A stretch of DNA of 64,000 nt from Azolla caroliniana (GCA_043228905.1 JBHGNT010000007.1:17546001-17610000), one strand, 5' to 3'; shown: positions 38,801 to 53,700, counted from the first letter of the stretch. Numbers and translations: made by a program. Notes: generated by a model from the letters alone, not told the origin.

Positions 38801-39623
38801 CGAAGCTGACCAGGCCAAGGCTGAAGCCACGGCATCAAAAGAAAAAGCACGGAAGGCGAGGCACGAGGTCGAGCAAGAGAAGGCAGCTACTAGCACAGCG
38901 ATGAGTAGGCAAGCTGCGGCATTGAAAGAAGCCGAGGCAGCTAGGGCCTCAGAAGCTATGGCTATGGCCGAGTTCAAAGCTTTAACTGAATCGGAATCGC
39001 AATATAATACTGAGACTGAAACTGAATCCGAAGGAGGAATGAGTGCCAGTGGTATTACAATTACTCTCGAAGAGTATACCTCTTTAAAACAAGCATCTAA
39101 CGAAGCGGAGAGCATTGCTGAAAAGAAGGTATCGGAAGCAGTAGCCCTTGTAGAAGATGTGAAGGCCAGCCAGAGGGCTGCACAAGAGAGGCTCTCTGAT
39201 ATCATCAAGGAGGCTGAATCGTGCCGGATGGAGCTTGAAGAGGTGCAAAAGAAAGCCGAGGGTGCGCAGGAAGCGAAACTGGCAAGCGAAGCTGCGCTGA
39301 GAAAATGGAGAGCTGAACATGAGCAGCAACGGCGGAAAAGTGCTAATCCAAGCGGTGAGAGTCGGCTTGCTAGTGATGGGGAGAGAGGGGCTGTCAAGGT
39401 AACCGAGGTTAAAGCTCGAGAAAGAAGGGGTGCTGGATTGGATGCTTTCTCCCAGGTTTTAAGCCTCAAGGTGCCAATGGCATCGGATGTGGCTCTTGGT
39501 AAGGTCTTATCCATGCAAGATGTAGTGGAAGGGAAGGAAAAACCGAAGAAAAAGACGACTTTCATCAAGCGATTAACATCTGCGGTTTCGTGGAAAAAGG
39601 CCCCTAGCGCTGTGCGGACATAA
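35804..39623 (+). CDS. WEB1/PMI2 (WEMBL) family coiled-coil protein, 3 exons, about 997 aa
   Basis: Exons 35804-36740, 37315-37499, 37752-39623; GT-AG, 2994 nt in frame. Family signature EIITTAPFESVKAAVSLFGE, ITITLEEYTSL, EAALRKWRAEHEQQRR, C-terminal KKKT.F. Confidence 0.9.
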
Positions 39624-40698
39624 GCGTATACATTCACACTGTTATGTCTGCCCTTATCCTTTCGAGATAATTGATACGACTTTTTGTCAGGTTTGCATAG
39701 ATTCGAGCTTTTATCGTTGAAGGAGCATAAATAATTCTTTTGTAAGTGTGTTATAAAAGTTCAAATGATATCGTTGCTCGGGTTTTGCTTATAATCAAAA
39801 CATTCTCGATGCCCTTTACTTGTTTTTGTACATATACGTAAATATGCACGATAGGCTTTTTGTTGAAGATGTATAGTAAATGAATAATGTACACCTATTC
39901 GACTATATAAATTTGTTTAAATGTAATAATGTTGAAAATCAATCTTGTACCATTACAGAAGTAGCTTCCAACTTGAAACCATTTTTACTTCTCCATGATT
40001 ATTATCCGTCTGGTTTATTTCCGTCTTTCACCATGAAGTATTCATACCCAAAAGAGCGCATGCTCATAAGATGTATGTGTTTTCTCATTCTTGTGAAAAC
40101 CCCTGTTGCTTATCAAAGAGCTATGCATTTGTACACCGTGTTGCTTATTAAAGAGCTATGCATTTGTTGGGGGACTTACACCCCTGTTTGCTTATGGAAG
40201 AGCTATGCACTTGGCAGGCAAGTTACACGAGATGGTAGCTCTATTGGGAAAACCCAAAACACTCCATGGATCTTAGGACCGGAAAACCCTTGTACACGTA
40301 CTGTATTGCATGTAACGAAAACATGCATTAGTAATCATAGTCGATGTCTTTGTCAATCTTTGGATGATTGTCTCAAGGATTGTCGATCTTTTTATGATTG
40401 TTTGAGCTTACATGAGAGTGATGATCATCCATTTGATAATTGTTGTGAAGTGCTTGTAGGTGCCAGATTGTTGAAACTGTATGAATTATTATTAAGAAAC
40501 AAATGAACAAAACAGGAAATTAGATTGAGTTCCATGATATAGGAAAGAGCATTATAATTAAGTTAAAAGGGGAACTAGAATGTCAATAAAGTAACAAAGA
40601 TGTCAAAAATTTCCAAATGGCACCATGAGAACGAACAATGAGGTCATCTTATGTTACTCTTATTTTAAAAAAGCTTCAAATGATATTTCTCATCTTAT

Positions 40699-42222
40699 TG
40701 TGGTGTGCATGTGTTCCTTTGTGCCACCCTTTTAGCTCACCCTTTTTAGGATGCGTGTGCTCTAAGTTGACCCACCCTTTTAGCACACCCTGTTTAGCCA
40801 AGCCAACCCAAATGGGTTCCGTTGTATCAACTATAAATTGATTAAGAAGTAAGAAGCTAAGTAGACTGGTTTTGATCTCTTATGTGCATTTCACATATTG
40901 GTGGAGAAGCGGGGTACCAGTCCCCCACATCCAAGCATCCGCCTCTTCCGCTTCGTAGGTAGCATCGCCCTTGCCACCATCATCGACAATCTTGTTAGTC
41001 TCTTGTAGTAGTATCTCTTCTATTACTGCCTTAGTTCACTTGTTAGGCCTCCCGATATCCACTGCTTCCTCCATCCAAGTCCTTTTTTGGCGATCGCCAC
41101 TTATACCTCTCTAGCACGTAAGCCCACTACACCTTCACCTTAGACACTCTCACTTTCTCACACCACTTTTATGTCTTGCCCCACCAACTCTTCCCCCTCA
41201 CCTTAGGTTGCCCATTAACTTCTTGTCCCATGAGTTTCTTTGATCCCCCTCCTACACGATAGCCCTCCTGACCCCCACCTCAGCCAAGTCCAGGTGGCCC
41301 TTAGACCACAAGAGTGATTGATCTTTCTTTGCCAAATGATCTTTTCCCCAATCCCCCTCTGACACGATAGCCCTCCTGTCCCCCACCTCAGCCAAGTCCA
41401 GGTGGCCCTCAGTCCACAGGAGCGATTGATCTTCGCCGCCATATGATCTTTCCTCGATCTCCCTCCGACACGATAGCCCTCATGTCCCCCACCTCAGCAA
41501 AGGCCAGGTGGCCCTCAGTCCACAAGAGCAATTTATCTTTGTCGCCATATGATCTTTCCTCGATCCCCCTCCGAGATGACACAATAGCCCTCTTGTCCCC
41601 CACCTCAACAAAGTCCAAGTGGCCCTCAGTCCACAGGAGTGATTGATCTCTATTCGCCGATTGATAGCTCGTTTTCCGTCATTAGCCCCGTCCAACTATC
41701 AAGGCCAACAGTTCCACGGGGATGTCCTGAACATCGTTGCACCTCAACTACGTGTCCATAGATGTTTACATCCCCACGCTATCTTCACCGAACGCCTCAA
41801 CAAGACCCTCAAACACGAGATGGTTGCATTAATCAACCCTTTTCGAGCACTCTATGGGTGTAACCCTCGCCTCGCACTAGAATCATCGATGGATTTCCAT
41901 TTGAAACCTGTTATAAGATGCTCCCCCTCCTTCGACAAGCCATTGTTCTTGTTCTTGTTCATGTTCATGTACATGTCCAGTTCTTGTTCATGCCCCTCAA
42001 TCTCTTGTTTCTCGCAAGGGGGAAATGTGGTGTGCATGTGTTCCTTTGTGCCACCCTTTTAGCTCACCCTTTTTAGGATGCGTGTGCTCTAAGTTGACCC
42101 ACCCTTTTAGCACACCCTGTTTAGCCAAGCCAACCCAAATGGGTTCCGTTGTATCAACTATAAATTGATTAAGAAGTAAGAAGCTAAGTAGACTGGTTTT
42201 GATCTCTTATGTGCATTTCACA
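40699..42222 (+). mobile_element. Non-autonomous LTR retroelement (TRIM-like), 1524 bp
   Basis: LTRs 40699-40895 and 42026-42222 (197 bp, TG...CA, identical by eye); PBS TGGTGGAGAAGCGGGGTA at 40899; PPT AAGGGGGAAA at 42016-42025; TTAT flanking both sides. Confidence 0.95.
41242..41650. repeat. Internal tandem array, about 4 copies of about 100 bp
   Basis: Unit ACACGATAGCCCTC..TCCCCCACCTCAGC.AAGTCCAGGTGGCCCTCAGTCCACA.GAG repeated at about 41254, 41362, 41468 and 41579. Confidence 0.92.
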
Positions 42223-44768
42223 TTATAAAGCTTGAGAAATTTCATTTAATACATATGGACCTTGAAAGATGTGGCCAACATCTTTATGTGATTTCCAACT
42301 TGGATATCAGATGTGCTAATAAAGATTATCAAATATGCATATTAAATATTAATCTAGCATATTGTATACCAAAATTCATAAAGGAATTATCAAAGTTGTT
42401 TGCCAAGAGAACAAATACTAAGACATGCACTCTAAACAATGAAAAGGGCAAGTTGCAACCTTGAATTGAGTTGATTATCCCACCAATTTGAACTAGAAAA
42501 CACATTGAATGATGCATAATTAAGATTAAAAAAGATCATCTAGGGAGATGATTTTGGTAGAATAGTTTTGTCCATAAAAATTGATAGCCATCCCTTGGAG
42601 AGACATGCAATCCTAGATAAATAGGATATGTTAGTTCAAGAATGTAATCCTTAGAACTAACTATAAAAGCTAAAGTAGGGATGTAGGATCTAGTAAGAAA
42701 GATATTTTTAGGAATTAGAACTTAGCCTCAATATAACCTTCAATCACTTTTGAAGTAAGACGTCAATTAGTGTAAGGTCATTCATGGGCCACTTTGCAAG
42801 AGTAATGTAAATTTGAGAAAAGCTATTTTCTTTATGTGGCGTAACCATTGATGTAAACTTTCCTACATCATAATTTACCATTATTTTAGTTGTGTTAGAG
42901 ACAACCCTAAGCACTAGCTTAGTTCTTATTTCTACTTTCACATACATATGTATCACTCCTTTCCATTAACCCAAACTTGAGCTACTTGTGTTCGTCTCAA
43001 AATACTTTTAATCTCTACTTGATGACGTGTTAGTTAAGTATTAGTCCTTATTATCGTTATCATGAGCACGGCATGGGTGTTTGAGAGTTTCTCAACATTG
43101 GCGCTACATGCAAAACCTTAATATATTATTTAAAGGTACAATTTTGCATGGTTTTAAGGTTATATAAAAAATTTATGCAAACCACATAAAGTCATTAAAC
43201 ATGGCAATATATGAATGTGCGTGATGTTTTGACCAACATCATCATTAGGTTTCTTGTATTTTCCATTGAAAAATTATGGGTTTAGTCCTATTGACTCAAT
43301 TTTATCATAATCATTCTTTGAAAAATGTTCATATAGCGAAGTATAATCTCTAACATCTTGAAAGCTTTTCGGATCCTTATCATGCACTATTCAATGGTAT
43401 TTCAAATTTTGAATGTCATTAAGGACAAGTGAAAACTATTTTTTTCCATCAAGTATCGATTTTTGAGTTTGCATTCATGTATGAATAATGTAATCCTCAA
43501 GTGGTTGTAAATACTATAGTTTAAATATGTCAATAAAGTTAGCCAATGTATTGGAATACCATGCCACCAAATGATAGCTTTCCCACCTAACTAATGTAGC
43601 ATGGGCTACTTCCGTGAAGCTTAGGTTCTACCATTGAAATAGCTTTACAAGTTACAACAAAGGAAGGTTCACTGTGTTTGCTATTCTTTGTCTTGACATC
43701 CACTTGCAATGCAACATGGGATTTGAGAATATCATGAGTTTTTTGAAAGTTTAAGCCTAATTTTAAAATTTTAAGAAACATCTTTGAACCGTTTTAAGCT
43801 CATGTATGATGATCATCCTTTTTCAAATATTATTATTATTATTATTTTGTCCTTTTTAAGCCTAATTTTGATATTTTAATAAACATCTTTAAATACTAAA
43901 AAACTTAAAATTTTTAAAATTTAAATGTGAAATTTTGAATTTTGAACTAACTTGAAAATCAAAACCAAACCATAAAACATGTGCATTTGTGTTGAAGAAA
44001 GCATATGACCAAGTGTGCTCATATGCCATTTGTCCTCATGGGTTTGTCTCCCTTGATAGATACCAAGTTCCCCAACTATCCTACTATTAACCCACTAAAA
44101 TTATTGTGTTTTGTTGTCATGAATTGAGTGTTGCTACTTCAGCAAGTCCAATTGCACCCCTCATTATTCTCTTGCAAAGGAGGCATAAACTACAATGGTG
44201 TGAGTTTGATGCGTTTTGTCTATCAATTGAGCATATCTAGAATCAAATAATATAAAGAGACCATATCAATCAACGCACCGATAGCCAGCCTTGGGCCAAG
44301 CCAAAAATAGTGCACTCTATTCAAGAGAACTAATAATTGGGTACATACAACTAAACAAATTTCCAAAACCATGTCATACAAGAAGCAAGAAAAACAGCAC
44401 TCTTATGTGTGACTCACAAGCGGCTAATTATGAAAGTCAAAACATCATGTACAATCTCCAAACTTCTGCACTCTAGGTTGTCAACCTCCTGCATCGTCAT
44501 CACCTTAATTCAATGCACAACATTTCATGTACATACATTTGTGATTCCTAAAGCCTTACCTAAGCCATTTTATTTTCTTAAACATGAAAATGCAAGTGTA
44601 ATGGAACTTTCTCTAATTAAAAACCCTTATCAAAAAAATAGAGGCAGCAATTTCGAACCTTTCAACTTAATTCTCATCTCTGTCATCATATCAAAATTAC
44701 TCGGTGTGTCAATGGTCAAAGAAGCATGGAGAAGTACATCTTTTTACCTTAAACTAGGCTAAAGAACT

Positions 44769-47700
44769 TCAACATCTTTCAAATATCTTATACAGATTCT
44801 CAAGACAAGACACCTGCCAATGAAGAGAGTGATTATTAGCCTACCAAAACATAGAACAAATACACACTACATATATGTGTAATCTTCCAACTCTGCTTTT
44901 ACCTGGATAACAGTTCCATCTGTGGCCATCTGCCTTGAAGGCTTCAAAAACAGCTTCAATGCAGGAAATAGGACATGTTCTATGGTCCATGAACGTTGTT
45001 CCCATGCCTTCTGTGCTTCAGCAATCAGATCCTCATCAATCTCCACATCCTCGATGGCTTCTTGTGAATCATTTAAACAAAAAAGAAAACGTATTGAGTA
45101 TTACGACTTGTGTGGTTCACATAAGAAAAATGCTCAGAACTGACAAATATATTTAAAAAAGCTCTAAAACAGTTTTCTTGGATCCGAGCATTTTACGAAT
45201 GGAAATACGGTAGCACATTTTACACAAGGAAAAATTTTCAATCAGATTACATGTACAGTGACACAATTGAGCAATTAGTGCCATTTATTATCTATAATGT
45301 CCTATGAACCTTGACATATTATGTACTGCCCGAATACAGATTTACACAGAAAGAATGACATACAAAATAGAGCTATTACGGCCATTTATCATCTGTAATG
45401 TCCTAAAAACTCTGACATACTCTAATGCTGCTCGAATATAGATGTGTCATCAATTACCACTTGGCTTCACAAAGGGGCTATATCGACTTTCTGACTACAT
45501 CTTCCACTGCCAAATGCCACATTATGTCTAGCTCTTATTGAAGGGGATGTTAAAAGCTGTCGATACATGCATACAACCACAGTATCTAACTAATCATCTG
45601 CGTATATATGAGATACATGTACACTCTTATATCAAAATAGAAGTTCAATGGAATTTTTTTAATAACCTTTATCATGTGCTTCTGGATTTGCGGATTTATT
45701 TTTTCCAACATGATAAAACTCTAGCCCATTTTCAGATGGGTTTGGCAGCATTGGGGGATGCATGGCATAGAAGTCTGCCAGGGCAGCAGAAAATGTTTCA
45801 AAGCATTCTTTTTCTGTATCCCAATCAACCTGTAACCCAAAGTATCAAATTCACAAATTTAAAACAGCACAACGAAGAAAAGGGGAAAAAATCCATCACT
45901 CATCATCACTTACACAATTCCCCAAACTCAGCAGAAATTTAGGAAGACGATCCATGTCAGGGGTATATTGGTCCAGAATTATAGGAATAGTGCATACATT
46001 TCCATCTACATCAATGTCGAAAGAGAAGTACTCTCTCAGCATCTCAGCCTTTGCCAGTAATATTCTAGTATTCAACTGTAACATGTTCATATATTCAGTG
46101 TATTTAACCGCAAAGCTTCCATCCTTAAAAAACAATATGAATCACATGACACAACTTTCAAATTTCAATGCAATTGCCATGATAAGATAATTAGGTGCAA
46201 TGTTTCTCATCAATTAGATTAATCAATACATGCTATGAGGATACCTTAGCTATCTCATCTTTCGGTCCATCATTCTCAGTCCAGTTTCCTAAGCACTCCT
46301 CTTCATCAAGAGCTAATAGCATCAACTCTTGTATTGGTGCAGGATTTGTCAAACGCATGGCATTAAAATGGGAAAATCTTCGGATGGCTTGTTGGTAGAG
46401 AAGTTCCTTACTGTACGGCACACAATAGAGCTTTGAAAAAAAAGGCAAGGAGAGTACTCTATTTGGATAGAATTTCTAGACTCGCACCTCAATTTGACCA
46501 CATCAAATAAGTATAAGCCAGTCTTGTATTGAGATAATGCCAAGGAATTATCGGCCATCCCAATGTATGAACAATTTTTCATCATATCCAGAAGACCTAT
46601 AATTCCATATGTTCCAAATGATTGTCGGTATATGCATATTAATAAACCATTGACTCGAATAAAACATAACAGACCTGCATGTGTATCCTGATCAATTGCA
46701 GCCAACAGTTCTTGTACACTTGTTAGATCTGCACCTTCTTTCAGAATTCGTCTTTGTCGTACAGCACGCCTGATGGGGAGAAACATAAAAACTTAACACA
46801 ATCAAATTTGTTGGAATCAATTGAAAGGATATTGTCAGTTTCCCATATTGAATCTGGACAAAAAACTACAACAAATGGATAAACAGGAATATGAACAAAG
46901 ACAACAGAATTAGCTTGAATAATATTATTTAATTACAAGCAAGCGAAAAGGACATAATTAAAAGAAAACAAATGAGATGACAACAAAATACACAAATCTA
47001 TTGTAAGAACTATATAAAAACACAATGTAACTACCTACATTTTTTAAAACCAAACCAGATCTACCCTACATATAAAGTCCATCCTAGAATGAGTTCATTA
47101 TAACCAACAATTTGACCACATGGAATAGATTCTATAGCATCCTCGTCTCAATTGGATTGTGTTTAGAGGCATCTCCCTCATTAAGATGTAGGAAGAATTT
47201 CTTACAAAAGCCTATATGAAATTGGACGATAGATTGCGACTTGTAAAGTTGGAGGGCTATTTTAGCTTTCATTCATGTGAAACAGAGATAGTGAGAATAT
47301 AGCTTCTCCCTACCATAGTTCATCCAGTCCCATTATGTTTGTGTACTGAATATGTATATCTTGATCCCTAACCTAGATGACAGATCCCAAACTTCCCTAT
47401 ACATATTTTATAGCATATCCTAATCAACAATGTCTATGGACTGCATTGCAATAGGCCCAATGAGCTTGTATAATTCAGTAAAAATCAAAATGGAGGGTGG
47501 AGTAATGCACTCTTTTTCAGAACAGATTTTGTCTTCAGGTGAATAAGTAAATGCTGCTCATTATTACCCTCTGTGTTTTTCAACTACTACGTTTAGGCAA
47601 CTGTTGAAGGTTGTAAGTTGTCGGTGAATTGGATCAAATTAAGGGTTTATTCACAACCACAGTAAATTGATAGATAGGATCAAATTAACGGTCTATAAAG

Positions 47701-50700
47701 CAATTCTCAACCACAGGTTGACAGACATTGTATTCCAGAGGGAAATTCTCAAGTGACCTCAAGTACCTGCAAGTAAATTTTGTCGCCCATAGGGAAATTC
47801 TCATAATGTCTCAAGTCCACAAACATTGTATTCCAATAAACTTTTTAAACTTAATTAGAGGCATTGGATTTATGCATCTGATATTTTACCTTCCAAGAAC
47901 ACTTAAGCGGGGTCAGACTCCATGAATAAAGGACAGGCTTGTCCATCATTTGACATGATCACGTGTCATGTAGACGGGGAAAGCATGCTTTGATGGTACC
48001 AAGTATTTAAGCCCTAGGCTTAGTTGTCTCGTAGAATCAACTCAGTAAATGATGACAAGTCCAGTAAATGAGGTTGGAAGAGCTTTCCATCATAGTTCGT
48101 AACATGATATTACTTTTCCGTGAAACATTTTCAGAGATTTTTCACATTATCTATGTCTAAATCAAATGCTTTAAAAATACTTGATTTTCAAGAAACAATA
48201 GTCTGATGAGGTATTGCCATATCATTCAACTTAAATACTTTTCAAAGAGTAGAATTGGTTATAAACTAGTGCTAAGAGTGATAATTTGATATCAGCTCAT
48301 TAATTCTCAATAGGTAGAGTACTGAAACTAACATCAATGTTTACCTTATAGCAGTCAGTTCTTTGTCATCGTCCACAGGATTTGCATCCTTTTTCTGCAG
48401 AAAAGCATGTAATCTTCCAGCTGGATTTGATGAATCTACACGAATTAACTTATTCACAGGAGTCTTCTGAATTTGCAGAGTTGCATTTCCTGCATATTGT
48501 TTATTTCTGCACTCATCAGAATTTACAAGGCCATTTGTGATGCTTCCTAGAACTGCACAGTCGCATAGTTAAAAAATCCACATGCATCACAGAAACAAGA
48601 TTTTTAAATCTGGCAGCATTCCATCAATATGTTCTTATTATCTTAGCATGTAAGAAGGTGATGTATTGGTGATGATATTGAAACTAGATTTTCTATGTGT
48701 TTTGCCTTCAGAGTATAGATAAGCCTCACGTAAAGATACCAAGGGTTCATAACTCCAGCAAATCATAACAGGCTGTGAGGGTATGATATTTGATATGCTG
48801 GCATTAATGTGAAAAAAAAAGTAGAATCTAATCCCACATCCCTTTATTAATGTATTACCTGAATTCAGTGTGGGGCTTGCCTCGCATTCACCATGAGAAA
48901 CTTGTGACGCTCCAGGGAGAGTAGTCTTCATAAATATGAAAATATTTTAATATCAAACCTAGGATCATTCCATGTTTGCAAGGTCAGTGATGCACCTGTG
49001 TGTAAAATGTCCGTGTAGCATTCGAGTTCATAAGTTTTGCCTCAACTGCCTTTTGGATACTATCTATCAAGATTTCTTGATTCAAGAAGCTCACCTGAAT
49101 GATGTTAGTAACAGATAATGATGAATGTACATGTAAGCAATAAACACTGGCTGGCAAATACCAGATGTTCATACAAACAAATGATGGAAATTAATAAGCT
49201 ACCTCTTTCTTGGTCGGATGAACATTTACATCAACATGCTCAGTCGGCAAGCAAATAGACATGTACACAAATGGCTTTGATGCTTTTGGAAGAATTGCTG
49301 CATAAACAACCTCAATAGCTTTTCTCAACGCTGAGCATTCCACTAGCCTGTCTGCCTCAAGGTTCACCATGCCAGAGAATGTTCAATGTCTGACTAAGAT
49401 TTTAGAGACCATGAATTTTTAAGGTTTTCAAAAACCATAGTTCAATAACAAATAATAAGAAAAATGTGATTTCAAGAATTAGCAACCCAAAGAGACAAAA
49501 CATGATATGATTGTTTAAGTTATAGAACATTGTTACCATTTATGAAAAGCACGAACGAGGTCTTTTTGGCACTATAATTGGCACTTGAAATAAACCCCTC
49601 CATCTCAAATTGAGCTCGCAATGGATCATCATCAGAAACTGAGACTTCAATCAATTCACGTGCAACACCTGGTCCATACACAGCCCGGATAGCATCTACC
49701 CTTGTCAACAATGCTGTTGTATGAATATCCGCACGATTTTCACCATGCTGGTAAAGAGGAGTTTAATTCAATATTTCGTATTGAATGTACATCAATTCAA
49801 AAAGCAAATGGCCCCATGCTATCCACCTTTTTGCACAGGAAACTGACTCCAATCTTGTGAATGGCAAACTTGCTGACTACATCTAGAATTCGACCATATT
49901 CCTCGGCTGGGTTTTTAAAAGCCTTTCTCCGAGCAGCTACATTGTAGAACAAATTCTCTACCTGTAATATGTTAACAGTTTGCTTCAAGAAATAAGTTAA
50001 TTCGCCCTGTTCAAGAGCATAGTAAATCAAACATTCACATGCACAATTGTACCCTTCAATGAGAGAAACTACATTTTAGCTTAATCATAATACTTTTTTC
50101 TAAGAAGACTTAATCATAAAACATAATGTTTGTTTATAAATGAAGTAAACAAAATATTCCCAACAAAAATAAACATTTGCATATTGTCAACCATCAAGAG
50201 AGGGACTTGAAGTTTGAAGACATAGGATCCAGACTCCATAATGAGTACTTTAGGTGAATTATATAGTGGCCTAGCTGCCAAGTATTGGCTTTAAATGAAG
50301 ATCCTTTGAAACACCACAGTATAGCAATCACTGAGTGTCCAGAAATATGAGTCACATTGTTGAGAAATAATGCGCCTGCATGTGAATCGTAGGCCCACTG
50401 GGCTCTTGAACCAGAGAGGACAATGAACTCCAGTTGTTGACTTTGGTACTCCGAGGTTCTTTTACTAATGTAAAGGTTAAAGTTTTCCATTGTACATGTT
50501 CAAGCTCAGAAAAAGCTACATTGAAAGATAGAGTTAAAAATATCTTAATATCTTTTAGGAGGCCAAAATGGACAGAGATAAAGTGCCACCTACCAATCCA
50601 TCATGATCTTGAGCTTTTCCAAATTGTGACTAATCAACATCAATTATCATATTTGGAGTAAAACAGGTGGATTTACATGGGCATGAACTATATGAATGGG

Positions 50701-53700
50701 GTAGGGAGGCTGCTTGGGAATGTCAAAGAGTGCCTTTGCATATCCATGCCAAGTCTAAGGTGAATTTAGTCAGTGTTCTAGGTTGCCTCTCATTAAACAT
50801 TTTCCCAGCATGCTTGTCATAGGAACAACCTATGCATGTCTACTTCAAATTTAGCCAATGATCTCTTCTTCTTCCGCACAAGGCGTTGGAAGGTTGATCT
50901 TGCTTGTCTCTGTGTACAAATCCCCTGAGTCACTTCTTGTTACAAGTGTCTCCTTATATCACAATATATTTCATCATAATAACTATTTTGAGTGGCTCTA
51001 CTATACAACGGTGTGTTTCCAACTACTGTGTGGGGAAAGGTATTTGTAATTGTTTTCAAAGGTAGGCCAAAATACAGATGTAACTTATACAGTAGGATGC
51101 ATAGAGGTCTTCTTCGTCTTAGTGCTTTTCTGTGTAGAAGTATTATTTTATTCTATTTGTGGCGAAGGATGAAGGGGTATTTGTGGTCCAGCTATTTGTG
51201 ATTGGAGCCCAGTTTCACATGGTATGAGGATTGAAAATCAAAGCAGATAATGCACATAGCATTAAGAATGCTTCAGTTATCAATCATTGAGGCGTATTCT
51301 TATATAAAGGTCTATCATTTCATATGACCATGAACAAATAATATAACATGAATAGACATTTGCATCAAACAGTAAATGTATTTGAAATGAATAGCACAAA
51401 GGCAAGCAATACAGGGAAGTTGCAAATGATGCATGTTTACACTTACCGTTATTTGGGTTCCCTTGACTGCTGCACATGGACGCATCTCTCCTTCCACAGC
51501 ACCTTCCTTGTATGAAACTCTGTAAAATACAGAAAGTTTATACATAGAAACATTACATTATGCATTCAAATCACATATATTAAGCAATGGGAGTTGTGTG
51601 CATAACACATTTTTCCATAAAAATTGGAACTAACTAACCAAAATCTTCGTACTTACTTATATCCATGTGTTTGATTAGTTGTCATTGTTGTCACTGTGAG
51701 ATGAGCAACAAAACTGATGCTTGCAAGCGCTTCCCCCCTGAAGCCCAAAGTATTTATTTTCTGTAGATCTTCGAATGTACTCAGTTTTGAAGTAGTATGT
51801 CGTTCACATAATATTGGAAGATCCTCATACTGTATGCATGCACAATCACATAAAGTTTATAATGAAGATGAGAATGTACAAACATCCAAGGAGAAACAAA
51901 CATTTTTCTCCTTGTACAGTAAAAGTGGAAAGAAAGAAACTACCAGCAATAATATGGGTGTGAGCAATGTGTATAGAACTTTTATCTATAATATATATGA
52001 ATACGCACAAGCCACCAAACAAGTAATAAAGCATTTCATTGCAGATCCAAGTCTTTGGAAATCTTGCTGCATGCATTCGTATGGAAAAGACACAATGAGA
52101 CTGAACCATAAAAAAAGAAGGGGATTTCCTATTTCATCAAACCAACGGACCAGATCTGTTATGGAAATATTTAATTGCCCAAAGGCCACAATAACCATGA
52201 GACCCAAATTATCAATAATAATGTTTGTGATATTTCATTGATACAAAACAATTCGTTGATCTTACTATAACCTAAACCTAAAATGTGTAAAACAATTGCC
52301 AGCAATGTGCCTGTAACTGCTCTATAGCGTACACAACTCAACAAGCCATTCAACTAGCCATGTTGATATCACATAGTAGGACATAGCAGGCTATGTTTGC
52401 CATCTACTCAGAATGTTGATATGGGTTTTTTCTTATTGCAGACAACTGCATTATTGACTTTCCAAACTGTCTGAAGATACCATATCATAATTCCTCATGA
52501 TATCACACCTACTTCGTCCTGACAATACCATCACAATCTCTGACAGGTTTAGTTATCTCTTGTTTCAATATAATCTCTGTTCTAAATGGCAAGTCCAATG
52601 AACAACTTATGTTTACATGGAATAATCTCCTCTGAGATGATTCATAATAGCATATGTTCAGAAACGTTCAGTAAAGGTCATCTTCTAGAGACCTTGCTGC
52701 TTTCAAATAAATGATCAAATCTTTTTAAAGTTTGCGGCGAATCCTACCATGATAAGCATACAACCAACATAAACATTATACAATCTTAAAATGTACCATC
52801 ATAAGAACTGGTAAGAGTCTTGACTTACCATATACAATGGGAATAAACAAAACCCCAAAGAGACCACAGCATCCCTACCATATCATAATATCCAAAAAGA
52901 ATCAATATACAACTTTTCATCATATTTCAACAAGTAAACAAAAAGCAAAAACAGAAAGAGAAGAAGTGAAGGTATAAACAAATGAAAAGATGTATAGAAA
53001 CTCTGGAGATGGAGAGATTGACAATGAGTCCAAGAATTTCAGGTACTGATAAGCTTAAAATATTTTTCTTGTGTGAGTCACATTAAGTATTTCAGATAAT
53101 ACAGCCTTCACATAAATTGTCAAAAACTTACACATGTCCACACAATGCTTAAGAAAGATCTAACTAATAATACAGCCTTCACATAAATTGACAATGAGTC
53201 CAAGAATTTCAGGTACTGATAAGCTTTAAATATTTTTCTTGTGTGAGTCACGTTAAGTATTTCAGATAATACAGCCTTCGCATAAATTGTCAAAAACTTA
53301 CACATGTCAACACAATGCTTAAGAAAGAACTAACTGACAAGAGATCATTGACCTTCATCAGAATTTTGTTGAAAGACATTTATCAACAAATATGCCATCT
53401 GTTTGAAGGTTATTTATCAACAAACATTTCATATTTTGACAGGCATATTATATCTTTATGGTTTTATATGCCAAACTAAGGTTCAGCCTTCTCATAAATT
53501 GTCAAAAGCTTAGGCATGTCAATGCAATGCCTGAGAAAGCGCTAATAACCATGAGTTCATTGACCTTCATCTGAATTTTGTTGAAAGCCATTTATCAACA
53601 AATACACCAAATATTTGAAGGTTTTTTTTAATTCTAAAACATTTCGTATTTTGATAGTTATATTCAGGATTTAGGTTTTATAGACTAAACTAAGGTTTTT

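Noticed and set aside
38702-39637. 311-aa antisense ORF
   Set aside because: Shadow of the Ala/Glu-rich WEB coding strand; no independent motif.
39880-40506. 208-aa ORF with three AAGAGCTATGCA repeats
   Set aside because: No protein motif; looks like a chance frame across an LTR-like or repeat fragment whose ends I cannot define.
41242-41650. CRISPR-like appearance of regularly spaced repeats
   Set aside because: Units are contiguous and homologous throughout, with no unique spacers; eukaryotic context inside an LTR element.
45440-45560. Possible additional MLH1 exon within intron 14
   Set aside because: Candidate acceptors give in-frame stops, and the model is already in frame and full length without it.
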